NCBI GenBank assembly: GCA_964558285.1
Contig: CAZLDK010000001.1
Span: 1-46,669, forward strand
Direction: 5' to 3'
DNA: 46,669 bases
DNA from: an uncultured Spirochaetaceae bacterium
GTDB lineage: Bacteria > Spirochaetota > Spirochaetia > DSM-27196 > PWMO01
Positions 1 through 8,516 of the stretch are shown in pieces. Position 1 is the first letter of the stretch. The number at the start of each line of letters is the position of its first letter. The notes beneath the pieces are model-generated. The model was not told the origin of the DNA and searched no databases. It was given only the letters and a program-made list of their open reading frames with translations. The position numbers and the translations under genes were made by a program.

Positions 1-576
1 GTTCGACTCTTCGATACGGCGGGAATCCGACAACTGTCGGAGCCATCGTCCGACCGGAAGGGACGCCCCGGCATAGAGCAACGTGGTATCGAGCTCTCAG
101 GGAGGCTCGTCGACCGGGCCGACCTGGTTATCCGCGTCTTCGATGCCCGGGAAGTGTCGGAAGCGGAAGCAGAGTCTAGGGCGCCGGCAGGTCGGGCTCC
201 GGAGATCACGGTATACAACAAGGCGGATTTGCTGTCGGAGCCGGAATCCGATGCCCTAGGTCGCTACCCGGGGATTCCGTTGAGCGCCGTAACGCGTTCG
301 GGCCTTCCGGAGTTGGAGACCGCCGTGTTTCAGGCCCTCGGGGATACCGAGGAGACCGGTGACGCTGTCCTGGATTCGCCGCGGCAAAAGGCGCTTCTCG
401 AGGAGGCTGCCTACGCCCTCGAGGAAGCCCACCGGGCTCTGGCGAAGGACATAACGATAGACCTTGTCGCCGAGGACCTCCAGGCCTCTTTGGCGGCCCT
501 GGGACAGATAACCGGCGAAATCAGCAGCTCGGATCTTTTGGACCGCATGTTTTCGAGCTTCTGCCTCGGTAAGTGA
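1..576 (+). CDS. mnmE: tRNA modification GTPase MnmE (TrmE), C-terminal part; 5' end lies outside the window
   Basis: Frame 1 is open from nt 1. Translation starts VRLFDTAGIR (G-domain DTAG motif) and ends in FCLGK, the C-terminal C(I/L)GK motif typical of MnmE. It is followed by mnmG-rsmG in the conserved order. Confidence 0.9.
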   Translation, partial: VRLFDTAGIRQLSEPSSDRKGRPGIEQRGIELSGRLVDRADLVIRVFDAREVSEAEAESRAPAGRAPEITVYNKADLLSEPESDALGRYPGIPLSAVTRSGLPELETAVFQALGDTEETGDAVLDSPRQKALLEEAAYALEEAHRALAKDITIDLVAEDLQASLAALGQITGEISSSDLLDRMFSSFCLGK

Positions 577-636
577 CCGCCGTCGACCACCGGTCCCGTT
601 GACCGAGACCCGGGGGCGTCTGATAATACTCAAACT

Positions 637-2523
637 GTGGGAACCACTAGCCTGAGCTCCGACTGCGACATCCTCGTCGTCGGCGGCGGCCACGCCGGAA
701 TCGAGGCGGCCCTTGCCGCCGCCCGGATGGGCGCCTCGACCCTCCTTATTACACAGAATCTCGACGCCATCGGAAAGATGTCCTGTAACCCCGCCGTCGG
801 GGGGCTGGCCAAGGGAAACATGGTGCGGGAGATCGACGCCCTCGGTGGAGAGATGGCTCGGCTTATCGATGCTACCCAGATTCAGTATCGGACTCTCAAC
901 CGCTCCCGGGGGCCGGCGGTCCAGGCTCCCCGGGCCCAGGCGGATAAGCTCGGCTACCAGGTCGCCGCGAAGCAGGCCCTCGAAGGTCAGGGGGGATTGC
1001 GTCTCCTCCAGGACATGGTGGTCGACATCGAGCTTGACTCCTCGACGGGCAAGGCAGCGGCAGCGATGACCGAGCGGGGACGCCGGGTGGAGTGCCGGGC
1101 CATCGTCCTGACGACGGGAACCTTCCTCAACGGCCTCCTCCACATCGGCAGCTTCCAGAGCCCCGGGGGGCGCCTCGGTGAGCCCCCGTCCATTGGGGTG
1201 GACCGGGCGCTCCGACGATTCGGCATCGAGGTCGGCCGCCTTAAGACCGGTACCCCGGCCCGGGTCCTCGGCCGGAGCATCGACTTCGGTGCGATGGAGC
1301 CGCAACCGGGCGACGGCGAGACCGTGGCTTTCTCCTTCTTCGACGCCCCGCCGCCGCGGCCGAGTGTCGACTGCCACGTCACCTACACCACCGCCGAGAC
1401 CCACGCTATCATCTCCCGAAATCTCGACCGATCGCCCCTCTTTGCCGGGGCCATCGTTGGAAGGGGACCTCGGTACTGCCCGTCGATCGAAGACAAGGTG
1501 GTCAAGTTCCCGGAGCGGGAGCGACACCAGGTCTTCGTCGAGCCCGAGGGGCTCGGGACCGACGAGTACTACCTGAACGGCATTTCATCGTCCCTGCCGG
1601 AGGATGTGCAGGAGGAGTATATTCACTCCATCCCTGGTCTCGAGGAGGCGATTATTCTGCGGCCGGGCTACGCCGTCGAGTACGACTACGTGAACCCCCT
1701 CCAGCTTTACCCGAGCCTCGAGACGAAGAAGGTGGCCGGGCTCTACCTCGCGGGCCAGATAAACGGGACCTCGGGGTACGAGGAGGCCGCCGGGCAGGGG
1801 CTGGTCGCGGGGATAAACGCGGCGTTGTCGATTCAGGGCCGGTCGCCGCTCATCCTCTCCCGGGCGGAGGCCTACATCGGGGTCCTGATCGACGACCTCG
1901 TTACCAAGGGCGCCGAGGAGCCCTACCGTATGTTTACCTCCAGGGCGGAGCATCGGCTCTCCCTTCGGCACGACAACGCAGACGTCCGCCTCTTCGAGAA
2001 GGGCTACGAGGTCGGTCTCCACGACGAGGGGAAGTATCGGCGCTTCGCCGCGAAGAGCGCCTGGACCGAGTCGCTATCCGGGGCCCTGGCAGAGGGTCGC
2101 CCCGATAGGCGGCAGATAGAAGAGCTATCCGCGGCCCTCGACCGGGCACCGGCGGAGTTTCACGGCCGGACCTTCCTCCAGATCCTGAAAAACCCCGGTG
2201 TCACCCTGGTGGACCTTCTTCGTGTCGCCCCGGACCTCGCGGAGCCGGCGCCGGAAGAGTGGCTCCGGTCCGTCGAGTTGACGGCAAAGTACGAAGGGTA
2301 CATAGCCCGGCAGGAGCGCCGGGTGCGACAGTACGAGAAGCTCGACGAGCTGCGGATACCGAATAATCTCGACTACGACGCAGTTCTCGGCCTCTCCAAC
2401 GAGGCGAAGGAGAAGCTGAAGGAGATTCGCCCCGCATCCGTCGGCCAGGCCTCCCGGATCTCCGGCATTCGAAACGCCGACACCGCAGTGTTGATGGTAG
2501 CCCTCTCCAAGCGCCGGGGATAG
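637..2523 (+). CDS. mnmG: tRNA uridine 5-carboxymethylaminomethyl modification enzyme MnmG (GidA)
   Basis: 628 aa with a GTG start. N-terminal FAD Rossmann motif [22 protein letters not shown]. Full-length GidA-like sequence ([26 protein letters not shown]). Confidence 0.95.
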   Translation: MGTTSLSSDCDILVVGGGHAGIEAALAAARMGASTLLITQNLDAIGKMSCNPAVGGLAKGNMVREIDALGGEMARLIDATQIQYRTLNRSRGPAVQAPRAQADKLGYQVAAKQALEGQGGLRLLQDMVVDIELDSSTGKAAAAMTERGRRVECRAIVLTTGTFLNGLLHIGSFQSPGGRLGEPPSIGVDRALRRFGIEVGRLKTGTPARVLGRSIDFGAMEPQPGDGETVAFSFFDAPPPRPSVDCHVTYTTAETHAIISRNLDRSPLFAGAIVGRGPRYCPSIEDKVVKFPERERHQVFVEPEGLGTDEYYLNGISSSLPEDVQEEYIHSIPGLEEAIILRPGYAVEYDYVNPLQLYPSLETKKVAGLYLAGQINGTSGYEEAAGQGLVAGINAALSIQGRSPLILSRAEAYIGVLIDDLVTKGAEEPYRMFTSRAEHRLSLRHDNADVRLFEKGYEVGLHDEGKYRRFAAKSAWTESLSGALAEGRPDRRQIEELSAALDRAPAEFHGRTFLQILKNPGVTLVDLLRVAPDLAEPAPEEWLRSVELTAKYEGYIARQERRVRQYEKLDELRIPNNLDYDAVLGLSNEAKEKLKEIRPASVGQASRISGIRNADTAVLMVALSKRRG

Positions 2524-3210
2524 ATGGTGCCGCAGGACGACCGCCGGCGCTTCGACGCCCTTGAGCCGACCCTCCGCGAGGGGCTTCTCCGGCTGGATCT
2601 CGATTCTTCGGATAAGACCGTGTCGACCCTCCTCGATTTTCTCGCCGAGCTCGCGCTCTGGAACCGCCGGTACAGCCTGATCCGGGGGACGCCGGAGGAT
2701 CTGGTCCTTCGGCACGTTCTCGATAGCGTGGCACCGATCGCGACTATCCGCCGGGAGCTGGAAGCGGCCTCTTGGGGCCACTCGGTCCCGGCCCTTCTCG
2801 ACCTCGGGACCGGCGCCGGCTTTCCCGGAGTTCCCCTTTGTGTCGCCGGCGGTCTCCGCGTGACGCTCCTCGACCGCTCGGAGCGCGCTACCACCTTTCT
2901 CCGAGCCGCTATTGCCCGCCTTCGTCTGGAGTGTTGCCCGGTGGTAACCGGGGACGCGACTGCCGTCGACGACCGATTTCCCCTGGTGGTAACCCGGGCC
3001 CTTTCCCCCGGCGGTGAAGAAGGCCTCCGTCGGGCGGCACGGCTTCTCGATCCCGGAGGTCGGGTAGTCGTCTACGCGGGCACGAGAGAGTCGGCTGAAG
3101 CATGGGCCGCGGCGGCCGGCGGGCTCTTCGCCTCGGCTTTGATCGAGTCGGTCGCGGTTCCCTTTCTCGACGCGCCGCGACACGTCGTCGTGCTCTCCGG
3201 TCCGGGTTAG
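2524..3210 (+). CDS. rsmG: 16S rRNA (guanine527-N7)-methyltransferase RsmG (GidB)
   Basis: 228 aa. The ATG directly abuts the mnmG stop (TAGATG). SAM-binding motif LLDLGTGAGFPGVPL. Conserved mnmG-rsmG synteny. Confidence 0.88.
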   Translation: MVPQDDRRRFDALEPTLREGLLRLDLDSSDKTVSTLLDFLAELALWNRRYSLIRGTPEDLVLRHVLDSVAPIATIRRELEAASWGHSVPALLDLGTGAGFPGVPLCVAGGLRVTLLDRSERATTFLRAAIARLRLECCPVVTGDATAVDDRFPLVVTRALSPGGEEGLRRAARLLDPGGRVVVYAGTRESAEAWAAAAGGLFASALIESVAVPFLDAPRHVVVLSGPG

Positions 3211-4562
3211 GTCGCCCGATTGAGCACTTTGACCAACTCGTTCTTGTCGATTAGGTCGATCAGCCGGGCCTCGACGAACTGGTGGGCGCCTTCGGAGAAC
3301 TCTCCGGCGCTGATGCAGAACCCTCGACCAGCCTTAAGGTCCTTGACCCGTCCGTGAAAATCCCGGAGGAGGAGCTCTCCGACTTGGCCGGTTGTGCGGA
3401 TATACCGGAAGAGAATGGTGTCGACCCATTGGTTGGTCTCGATCTCGGCGAGGACGTCGGCGTACTCGTTCTTCCCGACGGAGATGTCGACGATCTTGAC
3501 CCGGGAGCCCTTGAAAAAGTTCATGGTAACCCGGCGACAGAGGGAGACGAATTCCGACGGGGGCGAGATAAGAAAGACCTGAAGGTTCTTGTTGGTATTG
3601 AGCTCCCGGAAGCGATGGAGCTGTTGGTTGACGTCCTTGTAGTTCGGTCGAGCCTGCTGGATCTGCTCCAGGAGGGGGAGCGCCTTCGCGATCTGTTGCG
3701 TCTTAGCGTAGGCAGCGGCCAGTCGGTATCGAAGCTCCACCGCGATGTCCGGCGGCACGTTCTCGTGTCGAAGACCCAGCTCCAAGTCGGTTTGCGCTTT
3801 TTCGTACTGATGATTCTTGAGATGAATCGACCCGGACATGAGGGTGGAACGGGGACCGAAGACAGGGTCTGCCCGGAGATGGGAGAAGATCTTGGTCGCT
3901 TGGTCGTTCTGTCCTAGCTCGTAGTAGGCTTGCGCCACTACGAAGACGGCCTCTTTGTCGTCTGGTTGGGCGTCGATGTAGCGTCGCAGGAGTGCCAAGG
4001 CGTCGCTGAACTTCTTGACTCGGTAGAGGGAGTGGGCGAGGTACTTCATCGTCGGGAGGTGCTCCGGGGCCAACTCCCTCGCCGCACGGAGGTAGGCCAT
4101 CGCCTTTTCGAAGTTCTTTCGCTTGAACTCCAGAAAGCCGAGGTTGTAATTCAGCTCGAAGCCTTCGGTGCTCTTCGACCGGGATACCGCAAGCGCCTTG
4201 TAGGCCTCTTCGAGCTGGTTAAGTTGGATGGCCGCGAGGCCGTACCGAAGGTTGACCGTGTACTCGTCTATCTCCGGATTGGTCGCACAGAGGTTGGCGA
4301 GAACTCCGTAGGTCCGGAGCGCTTTCTCCCAGGATTTCTCGTCGAAGTAGGCGTCCGCGAGGATCCTGAGGGCCCCGTGGTCCTTCGGGTTCTGGGCAAG
4401 GGCTCGGTTGGCCTCTTTTTTGAGCTGCTCCCGGGACTTACTCGATTGGGAGCGGTTCTTTTTCTCTTTGTCCTTTCCCCGGGATAAGAGAAAAACAAAG
4501 CCGGCAAGAACGGCAACGCCGAGAACCAACAGCGCGATGGCGGGTATCGGACCGAGGGACAT
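3207..4562 (-). CDS. Membrane-anchored TPR-repeat protein with a C-terminal Mrr_cat-like (restriction-endonuclease fold) domain
   Basis: 451 aa. N-terminal TM helix (IPAIALLVLGVAVLAGFVFLL), then repeated TPR-like A/Y/L patterns (AYFDEKSWEKALRTY, AQAYYELGQNDQA). The C-terminal ~120 aa resembles Mrr_cat (RDFHGRVKDLKAGRGFCISAGEFSEGAHQFVEARLIDLIDKNELVKVL). Its stop overlaps the rsmG stop by 4 nt (convergent genes). Confidence 0.7.
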   Translation of the reverse strand: MSLGPIPAIALLVLGVAVLAGFVFLLSRGKDKEKKNRSQSSKSREQLKKEANRALAQNPKDHGALRILADAYFDEKSWEKALRTYGVLANLCATNPEIDEYTVNLRYGLAAIQLNQLEEAYKALAVSRSKSTEGFELNYNLGFLEFKRKNFEKAMAYLRAARELAPEHLPTMKYLAHSLYRVKKFSDALALLRRYIDAQPDDKEAVFVVAQAYYELGQNDQATKIFSHLRADPVFGPRSTLMSGSIHLKNHQYEKAQTDLELGLRHENVPPDIAVELRYRLAAAYAKTQQIAKALPLLEQIQQARPNYKDVNQQLHRFRELNTNKNLQVFLISPPSEFVSLCRRVTMNFFKGSRVKIVDISVGKNEYADVLAEIETNQWVDTILFRYIRTTGQVGELLLRDFHGRVKDLKAGRGFCISAGEFSEGAHQFVEARLIDLIDKNELVKVLNRAT

Positions 4563-4623
4563 GCGCTATTATCACGCCGTATTGCAGCAAAGTCAATAAT
4601 GCCTAATTTGTGAACTGCCTCCG

Positions 4624-4652
4624 TTGACACAAAGGGGGGAAGGCACTACGCT
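4624..4652 (+). promoter_or_regulatory. Candidate sigma70-type promoter for the Hsp70-SBD-like gene
   Basis: TTGACA at 4624-4629, a 17-nt spacer, then TACGCT at 4647-4652, about 15-20 nt upstream of the GTG starts at 4668/4674. The -10 element is weak. Confidence 0.25.
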
Positions 4653-4667
4653 GATTCTGCGAGGGAA

Positions 4668-5510
4668 GTGCCAGTGGAAGATGCCACTATTGGAATAAGG
4701 ATAGCCGACGGCAGTTTCGTGCCGGTGTTGGACCGCTCCTTTCAAGGGAAGCGGCGGCTCGTGTTGACAACGGTGCGGGATGACCAAGAGAGCGTCCAGA
4801 TCGATCTCTTTCAGGGTACCGGAGAAAGGCTCGAGGGTCCCGAATACATCGGAAGCTTAGTAGTCGAGAATATCTCACCCGCTCCGAAGGGTGCTCCAGA
4901 GGTAAACCTGCTCCTGGGCATCGACGACGCCGGGAATCTAAACGCGACCGCCACCGACTCCTCCAGCGGGGAGTATCAGAGTCTGTCGGTGAGCCTTTCA
5001 TCCCTCGACGCCGGCGGGAGTGACCTCCCCGATTTCGCCCTCGAAGAGCCGGTTATCGACGACGATTTCGACTTTAGCTTTTCGGAGACCGCGGATGCAC
5101 CCGAAGAGTTCGGCGGTGAAGAGATTTCCAATGATGACGCGAGCCCCTTCGAAGAAGCGTCATTCGAAGAAGAGTCCTTCGACGAAGAGTCCTTCGAAGA
5201 AGAGCCTGCGGAACAAGATTCCTTCGGGGGCGGCTTTAATTCGAATGTTGCCGAGTCCCTCGATGACTCTTTCGCCGAGACCTCCGGGGTAGAGGCGCCG
5301 GGGCGTCGAAAGCTGCACGGACTGCTCTTTGCGGGGTTCATCCTTCTCTCTCTCGCCGCCCTCGCCCTGCTTACCTACTTTATCTTCCGTGCCTTGAGGG
5401 GCCCGGAGCTTCCCACCCTCGAGGCGCAGCTTTTCCGGCCGGATGGTTTTCTCAGAAGCTATCTTCTCCTTGGGGTCCCCGTTTGGTTGAGGCGATCAAG
5501 CCTACGATAG
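4668..5510 (+). CDS. Tail-anchored protein with an Hsp70 (DnaK) substrate-binding beta-domain-like N-terminus, an acidic linker and a C-terminal TM helix
   Basis: 280 aa. Residues ~5-115 are collinear with the DnaK SBD-beta (QESVQIDLFQGTGERLEGPEYIGSLVVENISPAPKGAPEVNLLLGIDDAGNLNATATDSSSG versus DnaK QGER..DNK.LG.F.L.GI.PAPRG.PQIEV.F.ID.NG.L.V.A.D..TG). There is no ATPase domain. The linker is rich in D/E. C-terminal TM helix LLFAGFILLSLAALALLTYFIF. The start is GTG at 4668 or 4674. Confidence 0.6.
   Translation: MPVEDATIGIRIADGSFVPVLDRSFQGKRRLVLTTVRDDQESVQIDLFQGTGERLEGPEYIGSLVVENISPAPKGAPEVNLLLGIDDAGNLNATATDSSSGEYQSLSVSLSSLDAGGSDLPDFALEEPVIDDDFDFSFSETADAPEEFGGEEISNDDASPFEEASFEEESFDEESFEEEPAEQDSFGGGFNSNVAESLDDSFAETSGVEAPGRRKLHGLLFAGFILLSLAALALLTYFIFRALRGPELPTLEAQLFRPDGFLRSYLLLGVPVWLRRSSLR
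5148..5207 (+). repeat. Four tandem 15-nt in-frame repeats (FEEAS/FEEES/FDEES/FEEEP) inside the acidic linker
   Basis: ttcgaagaagcgtca / ttcgaagaagagtcc / ttcgacgaagagtcc / ttcgaagaagagcct, read directly from the sequence. Confidence 0.9.
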
Positions 5511-7678
5511 CCCTCAAGGTCTGCCTCCTTCTCCTCGTTGCGACTACCGGGTGTGCCCGGGGGCAGGTCTGGGGGATGGAGACGGAGCTTCTGGCCGAGC
5601 GTCTTCGCAACGGCAACTACGAGCTGTTGCAGCACCTCGATTTCGACGACCTCGAGGTCTCCCACGCGAAACGCCTCGGCGACGGTGCTCTGTTCTACCT
5701 CTCGGAAGTCTATTCGGACCTGGAATTGCCCGAAAGCCGCCGGCGCTTCTTGGAAGCCTCCATCCGTCTCGAAGAGGACCCCTGGCGTCGGGAAGCCGCA
5801 GTCCGTCTTCTGGCCTACTATAGAGGCCGAGGAATGTACCGACGGCAGGGGGAGCTATCCGAATCCCTGCTTCGTGACTATCCCGGCTGGGGCGAGCTTG
5901 CCTTCTATTATCTCGAAGCCCTCTACGAGCAGGAGCGTTTCGAGGACTTCCGGGAGGCCTTCTCGGAGCTCCCTCTCGACGATGTCGACCCGGGATCCTC
6001 CTTTCCGAACCCCCGGCAGGATCTGCTTCTCTGGGACGCAGTCTCCCGGCATCGCCTGGACGACCGCAGCTTCGGTGAGCCCATTCTCCGACTCTTCCGA
6101 GAGTACCGCGCCTCGTCTCACCACATCCGTATCTACCGATACCTGCAGCACCGAGGTCTTCTTGAGACCGTGTTCGGACCCGAGGAGAGATTCTGGATCG
6201 AGTTTCGCATGGCCGCCGCGGTAGAAGACCGGGCGCTGATCGAGACCTTGGTGTACTCCTTGGAAGAAGAGAACCGTCTCGGTTTCTTCGGCGAGGCCAC
6301 CGCGGTAGAAGACTACCTGACTCGAATGCTTTCAGACCGGGGCGATGTGGGAACCCTCTCGGCCTTTCTCTCCGAAGGGATCGAGGCCCTCTCGGCGGCG
6401 GGAGGAGTGGGTAATCTTTCGGCACTTCGACGGGGCCTCATCGAAACGGCCGATCGCTCCGGGGATTACCGGGCGGCGATGGAGCAGTTCTCGCTACTGG
6501 TAACCGAGGCGCCTCTCCGGCAGAGGAATAGCCTTCTCGGAACCCGGGTCGCTACGCTGACCGAGAGAAACCCCGGAGACGCTCTGAAGCTTTTGGAAAC
6601 ATACGCCGGGCCGGAGCCGGATTCGTGGTTTCTCCGGCGCGCCATCGAGGAGCTTACGACCGAGCTTCTTCGACGGCAGAGTTGGTCGGACCTCGGGCGC
6701 CTCTACGAGGTTGCCCGGGCCAACCGGTACGAGGCCGCCGCTGCCCGTCTAGGGGTAATTCTCTCCCAGGGTCCCGAGGGCCGGAGCCTCGAAGCGCGTA
6801 GCCGCCTCGAGGCGGCTCGGGCCCAGACAGCGGATTCCTACTATCGGTTGATGGCGGCACTCCTACTTGGAGGCGACGGTCGGCAGGAGATAGTAACGCA
6901 TCCGGAGGCGCCCCGGACCGCCTCCGAGGATACGCCTCCCTCGACGACCCGGGCCTACATCGCCGGCTATCTCGACTACGGCCTCGTCGAGGGTGCCTTC
7001 GACGCCTTGCAGGCGCGTTGGGACTCGGTTGCCGGGGAAGATGCCGCGATGGTAGCCCGGCACCTTGCCCGAGAGGGGCGCTACTACGAGTCGATGCGTA
7101 TCGCCGAGCGGCTTCGACGGGAGGGTGCGCCGCCGGCTGCCGAGGATCTCCAGGAATTGCGGTACCCCCGGGCCTTCGCACCCCTTCTCGAGAGCGTTTC
7201 CCGGGATTACGGGCTGCCGATCTGGTTTTGGTACGCCCTGGTCCGAGAGGAGAGCTACTTCTCACCGGCTATAGAATCGTACGCCGGGGCAGTCGGGCTG
7301 GCCCAGTTGATGCCGGCCACCGCCGCCGAAGTGGCCGACCGGGAGGGAATAAAGGCTCCCGACCTTACCAATCCCGAGACCAATCTTCGTCTCGGCGCTT
7401 CCTACCTCTCCCGTCTCTTCGATCGCTTCGACGAACCGGCCTACGCGATTATGGCGTACAACGGTGGTCAGGGACGGCTGCGTCGATGGCTTGCCGCGAC
7501 CGATCAGCCCTCGGTCCTTCTCTTTCACGAGGCGATTCCGTACTACGAGACCAGACACTACCTTCGGAAGATTGCGGTTACGGCGGCGGGGTACGCGCTG
7601 CTCTACGACGGGCGTAGCCCTCGAGACACCCTCAGTAGCATCTTCCCGGAGATAGAGGCCCTCGGGGGAGACTCATGA
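5483..7678 (+). CDS. slt: Soluble lytic murein transglycosylase (Slt70-like), probable lipoprotein
   Basis: 731 aa. The TTG start gives a signal/lipobox-like N-terminus (LLLLVATTGC). Long helical repeat region. C-terminal SLT domain carries the catalytic-Glu motif VREESYFSPAIESYAGAVGLAQLMPATA and AYNGGQGR. It overlaps the preceding gene by 28 nt. Confidence 0.82.
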   Translation: MVEAIKPTIALKVCLLLLVATTGCARGQVWGMETELLAERLRNGNYELLQHLDFDDLEVSHAKRLGDGALFYLSEVYSDLELPESRRRFLEASIRLEEDPWRREAAVRLLAYYRGRGMYRRQGELSESLLRDYPGWGELAFYYLEALYEQERFEDFREAFSELPLDDVDPGSSFPNPRQDLLLWDAVSRHRLDDRSFGEPILRLFREYRASSHHIRIYRYLQHRGLLETVFGPEERFWIEFRMAAAVEDRALIETLVYSLEEENRLGFFGEATAVEDYLTRMLSDRGDVGTLSAFLSEGIEALSAAGGVGNLSALRRGLIETADRSGDYRAAMEQFSLLVTEAPLRQRNSLLGTRVATLTERNPGDALKLLETYAGPEPDSWFLRRAIEELTTELLRRQSWSDLGRLYEVARANRYEAAAARLGVILSQGPEGRSLEARSRLEAARAQTADSYYRLMAALLLGGDGRQEIVTHPEAPRTASEDTPPSTTRAYIAGYLDYGLVEGAFDALQARWDSVAGEDAAMVARHLAREGRYYESMRIAERLRREGAPPAAEDLQELRYPRAFAPLLESVSRDYGLPIWFWYALVREESYFSPAIESYAGAVGLAQLMPATAAEVADREGIKAPDLTNPETNLRLGASYLSRLFDRFDEPAYAIMAYNGGQGRLRRWLAATDQPSVLLFHEAIPYYETRHYLRKIAVTAAGYALLYDGRSPRDTLSSIFPEIEALGGDS

Positions 7679-8475
7679 CGATCCTTCAGGCAGCGGTTCT
7701 CGGACTGGTGCAGGGGCTCACGGAGTTCTTGCCGGTCTCGAGCTCGGGCCACCTTGCAGTCGGGAAGATTCTCTTCGGTTTGGAAGGGGTCCCCGTTCTT
7801 TTCGACGTTCTTCTCCACATCGCCACCCTGATAGTGGTGGTCTACGTGTTCCGAGACCGTATCGGCGCGATTGTCGCCGCCCTTGTACGCCTCGCTGCTC
7901 GTCGGCCCCGGAAGGAGACGGATGCCGAGCAGCTCCGACTGGTCGTCTGGATCCTGTTGGCGACCGTCGTAACGGTGATAGTCGCCCTGCCCGTGGCGGA
8001 GCTCGACGCCGGGGCCCGGCCGCGTTTGGTAGGGGCCTTCTTTCTCTTTACCGCGATCGTACTGCTGAGTACGCTTACGGCGCCGGAGGGAGGGCTCATT
8101 TCCGAGATGGGGCCGCACCAAGCGGTCATCGTCGGCCTTGCCCAGGGCCTCGGGGTGTTTCCCGGGGTTTCCCGGTCGGGCATTACCATTTCCGTCGCGC
8201 GACACGCAGGGCTCTCCCGGGGCGACGCCGGGGAGTTCGCCTTCTTGATATCGATTCCCGCCATTCTCGGCGCCCTGGTTTTGACGCTTCGGGATCTCGG
8301 GGACCTCGGACGGTCGGTGGGCCTTCTTCCCCTTTCGGTAGGTTTTCTCGTCGCCCTTCTCTCCGGTTTTCTGGCGCTCTCCCTCCTCCTGCGAATAATT
8401 CGATCCGGCCGGCTGTACCTCTTTGCCATCTACCTGGTGCCCCTCGGCACCGCCGTCATTCTGTTGCTCGGCTAG
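7675..8475 (+). CDS. uppP: Undecaprenyl-diphosphate phosphatase UppP (BacA)
   Basis: 266 aa polytopic membrane protein. Diagnostic motif GLTEFLPVSSSGHL and PGVSRSG. ATGA overlap with the slt stop. Confidence 0.92.
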   Translation: MTILQAAVLGLVQGLTEFLPVSSSGHLAVGKILFGLEGVPVLFDVLLHIATLIVVVYVFRDRIGAIVAALVRLAARRPRKETDAEQLRLVVWILLATVVTVIVALPVAELDAGARPRLVGAFFLFTAIVLLSTLTAPEGGLISEMGPHQAVIVGLAQGLGVFPGVSRSGITISVARHAGLSRGDAGEFAFLISIPAILGALVLTLRDLGDLGRSVGLLPLSVGFLVALLSGFLALSLLLRIIRSGRLYLFAIYLVPLGTAVILLLG

Positions 8476-8516
8476 GTTTCAGAGGCGCTCCTCTTCCGCC
8501 GATACAGGTAGTAACG

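Noticed and set aside
256-1527. 423-aa ORF on the minus strand, antisense to mnmE/mnmG
   Set aside because: It lies entirely inside two confidently identified plus-strand genes. Its Arg/Gly/Pro-rich composition is typical of shadow ORFs in GC-rich DNA, and I recognised no motif in it.
2125-3183. 352-aa minus-strand ORF antisense to mnmG/rsmG
   Set aside because: It has the same shadow-ORF signature: Arg/Gly/Pro-rich and overlapping real genes along its whole length.
1-3210. The mnmE-mnmG-rsmG cluster as a marker of a nearby replication origin
   Set aside because: I found no cluster of DnaA-box-like (TTATCCACA) sequences and no AT-rich unwinding element in or next to this region. Synteny alone is insufficient.
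3207-3210. Convergent stop-codon overlaps (rsmG/TPR by 4 nt; ftsK/ABC ATPase by 26 nt at 10765-10790) as possible regulatory antisense arrangements
   Set aside because: These are most simply explained by extreme genome compaction. No hairpins or other signals are visible at the junctions. The ftsK/ATPase overlap is noted under the ATPase finding only.
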